From: an uncultured delta proteobacterium
GTDB taxonomy: Bacteria; Myxococcota; Myxococcia; Myxococcales; Myxococcaceae
Direction: 5' to 3'
NCBI GenBank assembly: GCA_963776345.1
Contig: CAVZMH010000018.1
Location: 32,001 to 96,000 of the forward strand
Length of the DNA stretch: 64,000 nt
Part shown: in pieces, positions 13,881 to 23,669 of the stretch
Position numbering within the stretch: the first letter of the stretch is position 1
Layout: every line of letters starts with the position of its first letter
The notes under the pieces: model-generated
Seen by the model: the letters and a program-made list of their open reading frames with translations, nothing else
What the model was told of the DNA's origin: nothing
Database searches by the model: none
Made by a program: the position numbers and the translations under genes

Positions 13881-14777
13881 CGGCGCCTCCCCTCGAGCGA
13901 CAGCGACGAGCGCGCCGGTGGGGCACGACGCCACGCACCGCCCGCACCGCTCGCACCCGGCGTCGAGCTGGTCGCTCATCGGACGCTGCCCGAGGTTGCA
14001 GACCACGTCGCAGACGGTGCAGTCGGTGCACGCCTCGGCCTCGCGCCGCACCCGGAGCGGCGACCTCGCGCCCAGCAGCGAGAAGAGCGCCCCGCCCGGG
14101 CAGAGCGAACGGCAGAAGCCCGCCCGCGAGACGGTGGTGTCGAAGAGCCACACCGCGGCGAGCACCGCCGCCCCACCGCCGAGCCCGAGGCCGAACGCCA
14201 GCCGGTACGCGCTCCGCGCCAGCAGCGCCGGCGGGTACACCAGCGCCGCGAGCTGGATGCCCAGCGCCGCCGTCCCGCCGAGCACCGCGCCGAGGACGAG
14301 GAAGCGCAGCCACCCGGGAAGGCGCAGGTCGAGGGTGGGGATGCCGAGCCTTCCGAGCGCCCAGCGGACCGCGTTGCTCACCGCGAGCAGCGGCAGGTAC
14401 GGGCAGAGCCACCCGCAGAAGAAGCGGCCCAGCACCACGACCAGGAGCAGCACCGGGAGCGCCGCGGCGAGGAGGCCGGGACGGGCGCCGCGCGCGAGCC
14501 AGACGCCGGCCGACATCAAAGGGTCCACCAGCTCGACGTCGAGCAGCCGCGCCGCGCCCGTCGCGCCGACGAAGAGCCCCGCGGGCCAGGTCCGGTCCGT
14601 GAACCGCGCCGCCAGGAACGGCGTCCCGACCACGGTGAGCACGCTGAGCGTGAGCACCGCCCGCCGCCACCGCTGGTAGGCGCGCCCGCCCCGCAGCGCC
14701 ACGTCCCAGGGCTGGAGCAGGCCACGGGCCCGCCGCGCCGCCGCGCCCGGTCCTGGAGGTGTTCCAAGGTGGTCCAA
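13877..14777 (-). CDS. NapH/MauN-like membrane polyferredoxin (quinol dehydrogenase subunit); probable indel at ~13905 makes it read into the NapG-like gene
   Basis: TM segments; GRFFCGWLCP, FCRSLCPGG, CTDCTVCDVVC and CERCGRCVASC. Alternative frame ends SLSLEGRRR-TGA overlapping the next GTG. Start uncertain (TTG 14777 or GTG 14702). Confidence 0.85.
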
Positions 14778-14813
14778 CGGACGTCTCTGGCTGCTGTCGA
14801 TGGACGACGGTAT

Positions 14814-14903
14814 CGCAAGCGACGTACCACCGCCGAGGCGCGTGCCGGACGCAGCCACTGCATCCGGCGAGCGGTGCGTTCGCCGGGGCGCGCAATCCGT
14901 GCG
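14814..14903 (-). promoter_or_regulatory. Sigma-54 promoter with paired YGCA-N5-TGCR upstream sites
   Basis: TGGTACGTCGCTTGCG on the minus strand at 14814-14829; CGCAGCCACTGCA at 14850 and CGCAATCCGTGCG at 14891. Confidence 0.7.
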
Positions 14904-15074
14904 CGACCGGACCGCTGCCCTCCCTGGACACGGTGCCACACCTGTGGGGGACATTCCTCCGCAGCGCTCGGGCGCGAGCGCAGCGGGTCGCCGGGTGGGA
15001 GACCTCCGGTGCGCGTGTGCCCCGGGGCTGCCAGTGCAGCCGGACCGCCACTGGGGCAAGCTTCCAGGATCCCC

Positions 15075-16559
15075 GTGCGCTGGCCGTCTCTTCTCGTCCC
15101 GGTGCTGGTCGTCGCCGGCGCGGTGGCGGCGATCGCCCTGCGCCGAGCGGCCCCGACGACTCCGGCCTCGCTCTCGCCGGTCGCGGTGCTGGAGTCGGCC
15201 ACCGACGCAGGGCTCACCGATGACCAGGTGTTCGCCGCGAGCATGGCGCGGCTCGCGGAGGCGAAGCGACGCACGGAGACGGAGGAGGCCGCCGCGCGCG
15301 CCGATGCCGGCCCACGGCTGGGCGACGTCGCTCCGGACGCGGGCGTGCTCCGCGCCGTGCTGGAGGCGACGGGCGACGCCGGCATCCCGTCCTCGGCGCG
15401 CGCCGAGCTCGAGCGGGTCGCCGGGCTGCTGCTCCAGCAGGACCTCGCCGGTGCGGTGGAGGCGCTGCACGCGCTCTACCGCGTCCACTCTCCGGCCGCG
15501 GCGCCAGGCCTCGAGCTGGTCACCCGCTCCGCGCAATCGAGCGCGCGGGCCGGCGCCCTCGGGCAGGTCGAGCCGGTCCTCCCGCGGATGCAGGAGCTGC
15601 CCACCTCGGACCCGGCGGTGCGCTCCGCCGTCGCCCGGGTGCTGGCCACCGTCGCGCTGGCCTCGGCGCGCGCCGGCCAGCCCGAGCGGTCGCGGCAGCA
15701 GGCCCGTGCGGCGCTCGCGCTCGACGAGTCCACGCCCGAGGCGTTCCTCGCGCTCGGCGAGTACCAGTTCCAGGACAACGACCTCTCCGGCGCGCTCGAC
15801 ACCTGGGAGCACGGGCTCCGCCTCAACCCGGGCAACCCGTCGCTCGCCCGCCGTCTGGAGCGCGGCCGCTCCGAGTCGCAGCGCCTCGGCGGCCTGGAGC
15901 GGGTCTCGTCCGAGCACTTCGTCGTCGCCTTCGACGGCCGCGCGGACGTCCCGGCTGCCCGGGCGAGCCTCGAGGTGATGGAGGCCGCCTACCGCGGGGT
16001 GGGCGCGCTCTTCCAGAGCTACCCCGAGGGCCCCATCCCGGTGGTGCTCTACCCGGACCGCTCCTTCGACCGGGAGGGCCACGCCTCCTGGTCGGCCGCG
16101 GTGTACGACGGGAAGATCCGCCTCCCCGCGGCCGGCGCCGACCCGCACTCGCTCGCCTTCCGGGGCACGCTGTTCCACGAGTACGCCCACGCGCTCGTCC
16201 ACCGCGCCACCGGCGGCAAGACCGCGCCCGCCTGGCTCAACGAGGGCTTCGCCGAGGTGGCCAGGCTCCGGGGCGACGCCGGGCCCGCCGTGCGCTGCAC
16301 CCCGGACGTGCACGTCTTCGCGCTCCGGGCGCTCGAGGGCAGCTTCCAGCGCATCGGCGATCACCGGGCCGCGCACCTCGCCTACCTCGAGGGCCGCCAC
16401 GCGGTCGAGCACATCATCGACCGGCACGGCGAGGCGGGCGTCCGGGCGCTCCTCGGCGAGCTGTCCACCGGCGCACCGTTCGCCGCCGCGTTCGAGCGCG
16501 CGCTGGGCGAGGAGTACGCGACCTTCGCCGCGGCGTTCGACGCCGAGGCGCGCCGCTGA
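15075..16559 (+). CDS. Membrane-anchored TPR plus peptidase MA-family metalloprotein
   Basis: N-terminal TM segment, TPR-like helices, zinc motif HEYAH..WLNEGFAE. Confidence 0.8.
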   Translation: MRWPSLLVPVLVVAGAVAAIALRRAAPTTPASLSPVAVLESATDAGLTDDQVFAASMARLAEAKRRTETEEAAARADAGPRLGDVAPDAGVLRAVLEATGDAGIPSSARAELERVAGLLLQQDLAGAVEALHALYRVHSPAAAPGLELVTRSAQSSARAGALGQVEPVLPRMQELPTSDPAVRSAVARVLATVALASARAGQPERSRQQARAALALDESTPEAFLALGEYQFQDNDLSGALDTWEHGLRLNPGNPSLARRLERGRSESQRLGGLERVSSEHFVVAFDGRADVPAARASLEVMEAAYRGVGALFQSYPEGPIPVVLYPDRSFDREGHASWSAAVYDGKIRLPAAGADPHSLAFRGTLFHEYAHALVHRATGGKTAPAWLNEGFAEVARLRGDAGPAVRCTPDVHVFALRALEGSFQRIGDHRAAHLAYLEGRHAVEHIIDRHGEAGVRALLGELSTGAPFAAAFERALGEEYATFAAAFDAEARR

Positions 16560-16643
16560 TACGTGAGCGGCCATGAAGCTCGAGTGGATGCGCTTCTTCG
16601 AGGTGAACGTCCTGAGCGGCGTCCGCGCCATCGTCTGACCAGG

Positions 16644-17867
16644 ATGTCCCCCGAGGCCCAGGTCGCCCCCGCGGATCGGCAGCTCGTCCGGCGCGCCCGG
16701 GCGTTCGTGGTCGTCATGGGGGTGGTCGCCCTGTTCGGGGACATGACCTACGAGGGCGCCCGCGGGCTGGTCGGGCCGTACCTCGGACTGCTCGGCGCCT
16801 CCGCGGTCGGCGTGGGCATCGCCGCGGGCGCCGGGGAGCTCGCGGGCTACGCGCTGCGGCTCCTCACCGGCTGGCTCGCGGACCGCACCCGCGCCCACTG
16901 GCTCCTGACCATCCTCGGCTACTCCTTCAATCTGGTCGTCGTCCCCGGCCTCGCGTTCGCGGGCTCGTGGGAGCTGGCCGTCGTGCTGGTCATCGGCGAG
17001 CGGGTGGGGAAGGCCATCCGCTCGCCGGCGCGGAGCACGCTGGTCTCGTACGCAGCGCGCCGGGCGGGGGAGGGGGCGAGCTTCGGGCTCGAGGAGGCGC
17101 TGGACCAGATCGGCGCGGTCGCCGGGCCGCTGCTCACCACGGTGGCCATCGCCGCCCGCCCGGGCGCGACGCCGCTCGGCGGCTACCGCTTCGCATTCCT
17201 CGCGCTCGCCGGCCCGGCGCTGCTGACGCTGCTGCTGGTGCTCGCCGCACGGCGGGCGTTCCCGGCGCCCGAGGAGTTCGAGCCGCCGCCCGCGCCCGCG
17301 CACGTGGGCCTCGGCCGCGCGTTCGCCCTCCACGTGGCGGCCGCGGCGCTGGTGGGCCTCGGCTTCGCCGACTGGGCGCTGATCGCCTTCCACGCCGGAC
17401 GCTCGGGGCTGATCGCGCTCACGCTCCTTCCGTTGCTCTACGCTGGCGCCATGGCGGTGGACGGGGTCGCGGCGCTCGTGTTCGGCCGCGCCTTCGACCG
17501 GCGTGGGCCCGGGGTCCTGGCAATGTCCTGCCTGGTGGGCGCAGGGGCGGCCCCGCTGGTCTTCCTCGGAGGCTCCGCCACGGCGCTGCTCGCCGGCGCC
17601 GCGCTCTGGGCAGTGGCGATGGGCGCGCAGGAGTCTGTCTACAAGGCGGCGGTGGCCCGGCTCGTCCCGCCGTCCCAGCGGGGCCGTGCCTACGGCCTCT
17701 TCTTCGCGGCGTTCGGGGTTGCCTGGTTCGTGGGGAGCGTGGCGATGGGCTGGCTCTACGAGCACTCGCGGACCGGCCTGGTCGCGCTCGCCATGGTGGC
17801 CCAGCTTGGCGCGGTGCCGCTCTTCCTGAGGGTCGCGCGCGGACCTGCGGCCGGCGCTCAGCGGTAG
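16644..17867 (+). CDS. MFS transporter
   Basis: About 12 TM segments; GDMTYEGAR, GWLADRT and ERVGKAIRSPAR motifs. Confidence 0.85.
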   Translation: MSPEAQVAPADRQLVRRARAFVVVMGVVALFGDMTYEGARGLVGPYLGLLGASAVGVGIAAGAGELAGYALRLLTGWLADRTRAHWLLTILGYSFNLVVVPGLAFAGSWELAVVLVIGERVGKAIRSPARSTLVSYAARRAGEGASFGLEEALDQIGAVAGPLLTTVAIAARPGATPLGGYRFAFLALAGPALLTLLLVLAARRAFPAPEEFEPPPAPAHVGLGRAFALHVAAAALVGLGFADWALIAFHAGRSGLIALTLLPLLYAGAMAVDGVAALVFGRAFDRRGPGVLAMSCLVGAGAAPLVFLGGSATALLAGAALWAVAMGAQESVYKAAVARLVPPSQRGRAYGLFFAAFGVAWFVGSVAMGWLYEHSRTGLVALAMVAQLGAVPLFLRVARGPAAGAQR

Positions 17868-18295
17868 ACGAGCACCGGCACCTTGCAGTGGGTGAGGACG
17901 CGCTGGGTCTCGCTCCCCAGCAGCATCCCGGCGACCCCGCGCCGCCCGTGCGAGGCCATGAAGACCAGGTCGCAACCCTGCCGCTGCGCCGCCTCGATGA
18001 TCGCCTGCCAGGGGGCGTCGTTCACCACCGAGATGACCTCGCAGGAAACGCCCGCGGCCGCGGCCTTCGTCCGCGCATCGCCCAGCACCTCGCGGGCGCG
18101 GCTCTCGTGCGCGCGCTCGTACTGGGTCGGCGTCACGGTGACCAGGAACGGGTCGTAGCCCGTCAGGTGGAAGGGGGGCGACACCGTGACCGCGGTGATG
18201 CGGGCGCCGATCGCCTTGGCGAACGCCACCGCCTCCGCCACCGCGCGGTCGGAGAGCTCGGAGCCATCGGTCGGGACCAGGATGTGCTTGTACAT
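17858..18295 (-). CDS. Universal stress protein (UspA family)
   Basis: YKHILVPTDGS and MASHGRRG..LLGSET motifs. Confidence 0.93.
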   Translation of the reverse strand: MYKHILVPTDGSELSDRAVAEAVAFAKAIGARITAVTVSPPFHLTGYDPFLVTVTPTQYERAHESRAREVLGDARTKAAAAGVSCEVISVVNDAPWQAIIEAAQRQGCDLVFMASHGRRGVAGMLLGSETQRVLTHCKVPVLVYR

Positions 18296-18321
18296 GACGC
18301 GCTTCTCCCCAGGCGGAATCT

Positions 18322-18337
18322 TGCATGGGGCGCGCCT
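18322..18337 (-). promoter_or_regulatory. Putative sigma-54 promoter of usp
   Basis: AGGCGCGCCCCATGCA (GG-N10-GC) just upstream of the GGGGAG RBS. Confidence 0.45.
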
Positions 18338-18385
18338 GCAGGCACCCCCCCGGGCGCGAGGTCGCGGTGCGTCAAGCGCTGGGGG

Positions 18386-18652
18386 TCAGGTGGGGCGGTG
18401 GCCGTCCCGCGTCGACGCGCAGCCGGTGCAGAGCGCCTGGGCCGGGTTCACCAGCAGGACCTGGGCGCCGATGGCCGCGCCGCACTCGTCACAGATGCCG
18501 TAGCGGCTCTCGTCGATGCGCCGGAGCGCCGCCTCGATGCGATTGAGCTCGGCCTCGGGATCCTCGGTCCGATCCTGCCCCGCGCGGGCCAGCACCGCTC
18601 GCCTCATCAGGAGGCGGGCTTTCGCACGCGTCTCCGCCGGTGTGAGTCCCAT
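18386..18652 (-). CDS. TraR/DksA C4 zinc-finger protein (short)
   Basis: IEAALRRID..YGICDECG..I..CTGC. Confidence 0.8.
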   Translation of the reverse strand: MGLTPAETRAKARLLMRRAVLARAGQDRTEDPEAELNRIEAALRRIDESRYGICDECGAAIGAQVLLVNPAQALCTGCASTRDGHRPT

Positions 18653-18669
18653 CGTCGATGGGGAACATC

Positions 18670-18774
18670 AGCAATGGACGAGCCGACGCCCGCTTCACTC
18701 TGATCCGCCTGCCACGCCGTGGCGCACCGGTGCAGGAGCTGCGGGACCCTGCCGGAGGGGGCGCAAGGGTTGCG
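18670..18774 (-). promoter_or_regulatory. Sigma-54 promoter with paired YGCA-N5-TGCR sites
   Basis: CGGCTCGTCCATTGCT on the minus strand at 18670-18685; TGCAGGAGCTGCG at 18731 and CGCAAGGGTTGCG at 18762, 31 bp apart. Confidence 0.65.
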
Positions 18775-18778
18775 TCGC

Positions 18779-19860
18779 TCAGGCTCTCGGCAACCAGATG
18801 TGGAAAGCCGCACCCCGCTCTCCCGCCCGGTCGACCCACACCCGGCCGCCGTGCTGGTCGACCAGGCTGTGGACGATGGCCAGCCCGAGCCCGGTCCCGT
18901 TGGGCTTGGTGGTGAAGAACGGCTCGAAGAGGCGGTTCCGCACCTCGGAGGGGATGCCCGGGCCCTCGTCGGCGACCACCAGCTCCACCCCGTCGTCCCC
19001 CGGGCGGCCCTGGAGCTGGATCCGCCCCCCGCGCGGGCTCACGTCGAGCGCGTTGAGGATCAGGTTGAGCAGCACCTGGCGCAGGATGCCCTCGTCGGCG
19101 GCGGCGGCGGGGGTGCCGGGGGCCACGTCCACCACCAGCTGGACCAGCCGGGCCTCGGCGTCGCCCGACAGGAGGTCCGCCACCTTGCGGAGCAGCCCGT
19201 CCAGGGCACCGGCCGGCGCACCAGCTCGCGCGGCCGGGAGAAGAGGAGGAAGTCCTGGAGCGTCTGGTCCAGGCGGCGGATCTCGTCGCGCACCAGGACC
19301 AGCGGCTCGAGCAGCGGGGCCTGCCCGCTCTCGGGCAGCTTGCGGATGCGCCGCTCGAGCACCGACAGCTGCAGCGCGGCGGCGTTCAGCGGATTGCGGA
19401 TCTCGTGCGACAGCCCGGCCGTGAGCCGGCCGACCGCGGCCAGCTTCTCCGCGAGCTGCGCCCGCCGGGTCAGCTCCTCCCGCTCGGCCTGGAGCCTCAC
19501 CTGTCGCAGCGCCTGGCCCACCGTGAGGAGCAGCTCGGGGACCGCGCACGGCTTGACCAGGTACGCGCATGCGCCGGCGCGGATGGCCGCCGCCGCGGAC
19601 TCCACGCTCGCGAAGCCGGTCAGGAGCACCACCTCGGCCCCGGGCACCGTCTGGTGCAGCTCGGACGCGAGCTCGGTCCCGTCTCCGTCCGGCAGGCGCA
19701 GGTCCACCAGCGCCACGTCGAAGCCCTCGGCGGCGCGGGCCCGGGCGGTGGCGGCGCTCGTGGCCCGGAGGACCTTGTAACCCTCGTCCTCGAGGATCTC
19801 GCCCAGGTTGTCGACCAGGTCGACGTTGTCGTCGACGAGGAGGATTCGCCCCTGGCTCAC
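18779..19860 (-). CDS. Hybrid receiver-histidine kinase (NmpS-like); frameshift at ~19205
   Basis: ILLVDDN..DLRLPD receiver and HEIRNPL H-box; second frame carries NLILNA, DEGPGI and FFTTK..GTGLGL. Confidence 0.85.
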
Positions 19861-20501
19861 CCACCCTCCTCGAACCGCTCCAGCTCCGCGTCCAGGGCGG
19901 TGGCCAGCGCCTCGAACGAGCTGGGGAGCCGGACCAGGTGCACGCCGGGGTGGACCCGGGCCCACGCCTCCACCGCGTCGTCCGGTGTGTCGGCGAGCAC
20001 CGCCAGGAGCGGGGTGGGGCCCTCGGGCGGAGCGTCCCCCGGGGTGAAGGGCATGGGCGTGCACCCGTGATCGCGCACGAACTCCATCACCCGGCTCATC
20101 CGGTCCGACCCGCCGCACACCACCCAGACCACCGCCCCGCGCCGCGCCTGCTCGAGCCGCTGGAGCAGGGTCTCCACCGGGACGGGCTTGGGGAGCGTGG
20201 CCAGCACGCCCATCCGCTCCACCCGGGCCAGGTCGGCGTCCCCGATGAACGCCGTCACCACCAGGGCGGGGAGTCCAGGGTCCGCCAGGCGTGCCGCCGC
20301 GAGCAGCTCGGCGCCCCCCAGCCCCGGCATCCGCATGTCGGTCACCAGCGCCGTGTAGCGCCGGGTCTGCAACCGGCGGAGCGCCACCCGCGGATCGAGC
20401 TCCACGTCGACCTCGGCTCCGCTGGTCTCGAGGATCTCGGCGAGGTTCTCCGCGAGCGGCTGGTTGTCATCCACCACCAGATACCGCCGCGCCGCCTTCA
20501 T
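19857..20501 (-). CDS. Response regulator (NmpT-like): receiver plus degenerate second domain
   Basis: YLVVDDN, TDMRMP, TA and KP motifs; ATGA overlap with the upstream kinase stop. Confidence 0.8.
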   Translation of the reverse strand: MKAARRYLVVDDNQPLAENLAEILETSGAEVDVELDPRVALRRLQTRRYTALVTDMRMPGLGGAELLAAARLADPGLPALVVTAFIGDADLARVERMGVLATLPKPVPVETLLQRLEQARRGAVVWVVCGGSDRMSRVMEFVRDHGCTPMPFTPGDAPPEGPTPLLAVLADTPDDAVEAWARVHPGVHLVRLPSSFEALATALDAELERFEEGG

Positions 20502-21641
20502 GACTTCACCCCCGGGAGCGTGAGCACGAAGCGCGCCCCGCCGCGTGGGCGGCGCGACGTGAACGATGGTGCCGCCGTGCCGCTCGGCGATGCGGCGCAC
20601 CAGCGCCAGCCCGAGCCCGACGCCCTTCGACTTGGTGGTGATGAGCGGCTCGAAGAGGCGCGCCTTCACCGACGCGTCCAGGCCGTGCCCGGTGTCCTCC
20701 ACGGCGATCTCCACCTTCCCGTCGACGCTCCGGGCCTCGACCCGGACCTCGCCGGACTCGCCGCAGGCGTCCACCGCGTTCTGGACCAGGTTGACGAAGA
20801 CCTGCCGGAGCTGGGCCGCGTCGCCCAGGACATTGAGCCCGTTCAGCGGTCCCAGCTCGACCTTCACGCCCTCCGGCCGGGGCACCCGGTCCACGGCGCT
20901 CTCCACCACCTCGGAGAGCGAGAGCTGCCGGGCGTCCATGGGCCGGTCCCGGACCAGGTCGAGGAGCGCGCCCACGATGCCGTTGGCCACGGCGATCTGC
21001 TCGCCGATGCGCTGGAGGTGCTTCCGGGCGCTCGGGTCCGTCCCCACGCGCTTCTCCAGCAGGAACACCGAGGACTCCGCCACGCCCAGCGGGTTCCGTA
21101 GCTCGTGGCCGATGCTGGCCACCACCTGTCCGAAGGTCGAGAGCCGCTCGGTGCGCGCCTTCTGTGCCTCCAGGTCTTCCCGGTAGGTCTGGAGCATGAT
21201 CGCCAGCTCCAGGTCCAGCATCCGGGAGAGCGCGTTCTGCGCCACGTGGTGCTCCGGCGAGTCGGGCGGCACGAGCTGGGAGATGCGGGCCGAGAGCTCG
21301 CGGCGGAGCAGGTTCATCGCCCCGAACATGTAGTGCTGCGGGAGCCCGATGCGGACGTGCACCCGGCCGATCCGTGCCCGCATGTCGACGTACGCCTCGT
21401 CCCAGGGCCCCTGGAACAGCCCATCCATCCAGGCGACCAGGGTGTGCCTGAGCCGACCGACCGAGCTCTCGCCCCGTTCGAGCACCGCGCGCGCGGGCGG
21501 GTACTCGAGGATGCGGGCGTAGAAGAGCTCCGACACCTGGGGGAAGTCCGGGGCCAGGCCGGGGTGCAGCGCGCGGAGGATGACCTGGTCCGCGTGCCCG
21601 AACCCCACGTAGTCCTGCAGCTCCTGGAAGAACCCTGTCAT
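20498..21641 (-). CDS. Protoglobin/globin-coupled O2-sensor histidine kinase (AfGcHK/NmpU-like); frameshift at ~20545
   Basis: Globin motifs LFYARI and RIGRVHVRIGLPQHYMFGAMN; kinase motifs HELRNPL, NLVQNA and ITTK..GLGL. Alternative frame ends GARFVLTLPGVKS-stop. Confidence 0.92.
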
Positions 21642-21721
21642 CGCGCCAGAGGACAATTAGTCCGGATCCCCGGGCAAAGGCGACCCTGCGGCCCGGGTTT
21701 TGCTAAAGTTTCCGTTCACCG

Positions 21722-23122
21722 ATGGCCTCAGCCCGCATCCTGGTGGTGGACGACGAGCCGAACGCCCGGGGCGCGCTCCGGACCATCCTGACCGAGGAGG
21801 GCTACACCGTCAGCGAGGCCGGGGACGGGGTGGAGGCCCTGTCCGTCCTCCGCAGCGCCGGGGCGGACGTGGTCCTGGCGGACGTGCGGATGCAGCGGAT
21901 GGACGGGCTCACCCTGCTCCGCGAGGCGCGCGAGAGCGGCATCGACGCGGTGTTCGTGGTGATGACCGCCTTCGGCTCCATCGAGATGGCCGTGGAGGCG
22001 ATGCGGGCCGGGGCCGAGACCTTCCTGGTCAAGCCGCTGGACGAGCGGGCGGTGCTGGTGGTCATCGAGAAGGCGCTGGAGAAGCGCCACCTGGTCCAGG
22101 AGGCGGCCAGCCTGCGCGCCCGGGTCCGCGAGCGCGTCCACTTCGACAACATCGTCGGCGACAGCCCGGCGCTCCGGGAAGTGTTCGAGGTCGTCCAGCG
22201 GGCGGCCCCCACCCGGGCCAACGTTCTCATCCTCGGCGAGTCCGGGACCGGGAAGGAGCTCATCGCCCAGGCGCTGCACGAGCTCTCGCCCCGCAAGGAC
22301 CGGCCCTTCGTCCGGGTGAACTGCGGCGCGCTCACCGAGACCCTGCTCGAGTCCGAGCTCTTCGGGCACGAGCGGGGCGCCTTCACCGGAGCGGTGACCC
22401 GGCGCGAGGGCCGCTTCGAGCGCGCCGACGGAGGCACGCTCTTCCTCGACGAGATCGGCGACGTCTCCCCGGCGGTGCAGGTGAAGCTGCTCCGGGTGCT
22501 GCAGACCCGCGAGTTCGAGCGGGTGGGTGGGACCGAGACCCTGAAGGTCGACGTCCGGCTGCTCACCGCCACCAACAAGGACCTCGCGGCGGAGGTGGCC
22601 GCGGGCCGCTTCCGCGAGGACCTCTTCTACCGGCTGAACGTCATCTCGGTGACCCTGCCGCCGCTCCGGGCGCGCAAGGGTGACATCCCGGCGCTGGTGT
22701 CACACTTCGTCCGGCGCTTCACCGAGGCGCACGGGAAGAAGATCCAGGGCCTCGCCCCGGGCACGCTCCAGGCGCTGCTCCGGCACGACTGGCCCGGGAA
22801 CGTGCGCGAGCTCGAGAACTCCATCGAGCGGGCGGTGGTGCTGGCCCAGGGGCCCTACCTCACCACCGACGACCTGCCCCCCACCGTGCTGGGCGCCCGG
22901 CCGTCCGATCGGCCGATGAGCAGCCTCATCCCCGGCGGCACCTGGCAGGAGATCGAGAAGCAGGCCATCCTCCGGACGCTCGAGGTGGTCGGCGGTTCGA
23001 CCTCCCGCGCCGCCGCGATGCTGGGCATCAGCACCCGCACCATCCAGTACCGGCTCAAGCAGTACGCGCAGGAGCGCGAGGAAGCCGTCGCGCCGAGCCC
23101 CGGAAACGGCCCGGAGAGCTGA
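21722..23122 (+). CDS. Sigma-54 NtrC-family response regulator (NmpR-like)
   Basis: Receiver, GESGTGKE, GAFTGA, WPGNVREL and a Fis-type HTH; divergent from the globin kinase. Confidence 0.93.
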   Translation: MASARILVVDDEPNARGALRTILTEEGYTVSEAGDGVEALSVLRSAGADVVLADVRMQRMDGLTLLREARESGIDAVFVVMTAFGSIEMAVEAMRAGAETFLVKPLDERAVLVVIEKALEKRHLVQEAASLRARVRERVHFDNIVGDSPALREVFEVVQRAAPTRANVLILGESGTGKELIAQALHELSPRKDRPFVRVNCGALTETLLESELFGHERGAFTGAVTRREGRFERADGGTLFLDEIGDVSPAVQVKLLRVLQTREFERVGGTETLKVDVRLLTATNKDLAAEVAAGRFREDLFYRLNVISVTLPPLRARKGDIPALVSHFVRRFTEAHGKKIQGLAPGTLQALLRHDWPGNVRELENSIERAVVLAQGPYLTTDDLPPTVLGARPSDRPMSSLIPGGTWQEIEKQAILRTLEVVGGSTSRAAAMLGISTRTIQYRLKQYAQEREEAVAPSPGNGPES

Positions 23123-23192
23123 CAAGGTCGGGCGGAGCGGCCGTTGAACGGCGCCGCCCCACCCTGTTGCCCCGGCCAGGGGGGCCTTCAGC

Positions 23193-23480
23193 TCAGGTGA
23201 ACCGCGGCCGCTCCCGGTTCCGCAGCTGGAACCGGGCGACGAACACCGTGACCACCGCGCCCAGGCCTGCGAACAGCAGAGCCGGGCTCACCACGCCCAT
23301 CTCGCCCGAGAACGGGCCGGGAACGAGGATCCGTCCGATCAACCCGCCCACGATCCCGCCGAAGGCGCCGATCCCGAGGGCGCGCAGCCAGGTCAGACCT
23401 TCGGTCCGCCAGAAGGCAGCCACCAGCACCCCCACCGCTGCGCCGAGAACAAGCCAGCTCAAGAGCTCGAAGACCGTCAT
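23193..23480 (-). CDS. GlsB/YeaQ/YmgE-family small stress membrane protein
   Basis: Three Gly-rich TM segments (WLVLGAAVG, LGIGAFGGIVGG). Confidence 0.7.
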   Translation of the reverse strand: MTVFELLSWLVLGAAVGVLVAAFWRTEGLTWLRALGIGAFGGIVGGLIGRILVPGPFSGEMGVVSPALLFAGLGAVVTVFVARFQLRNRERPRFT

Positions 23481-23584
23481 TGCCTACCGCCACCTTTCCA
23501 CGACCGCTGGTGTGCATCGGCTGTGCGCGAGGCAAAACGTCCAGGAATTCGATGACGCTGCCGGGGCCGGCCGGTCTCGGAGGG

Positions 23585-23627
23585 TGCACGAATTGCGGTG
23601 CGCCTGCTCCGGAACGCAAGCACTGCG
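23585..23627. promoter_or_regulatory. Paired YGCA-N5-TGCR sites upstream of the GlsB-like gene
   Basis: TGCACGAATTGCG at 23585 and CGCAAGCACTGCG at 23615, 30 bp apart. Confidence 0.6.
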
Positions 23628-23669
23628 GCCCCGGCAGATCGGTCAGCCCGATTGCCTCATCCGTCGGAG

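Noticed and set aside
13305..14777. Apparent NapH-NapG fusion
   Set aside because: An internal GGAGG RBS, a GTGA overlap, a Tat-like leader and better codon usage in the shifted frame indicate two genes joined by an indel near 13905.
18418..18430. Additional YGCA-N5-TGCR match upstream of usp
   Set aside because: Lies within Cys codons of the DksA-like gene and is unpaired, so coding constraint explains it.
19857..21656. Apparent globin-kinase-receiver fusion (599 aa)
   Set aside because: The canonical kinase end GARFVLTLP lies in another frame and stops at an ATGA overlap; this is a frameshift artefact.
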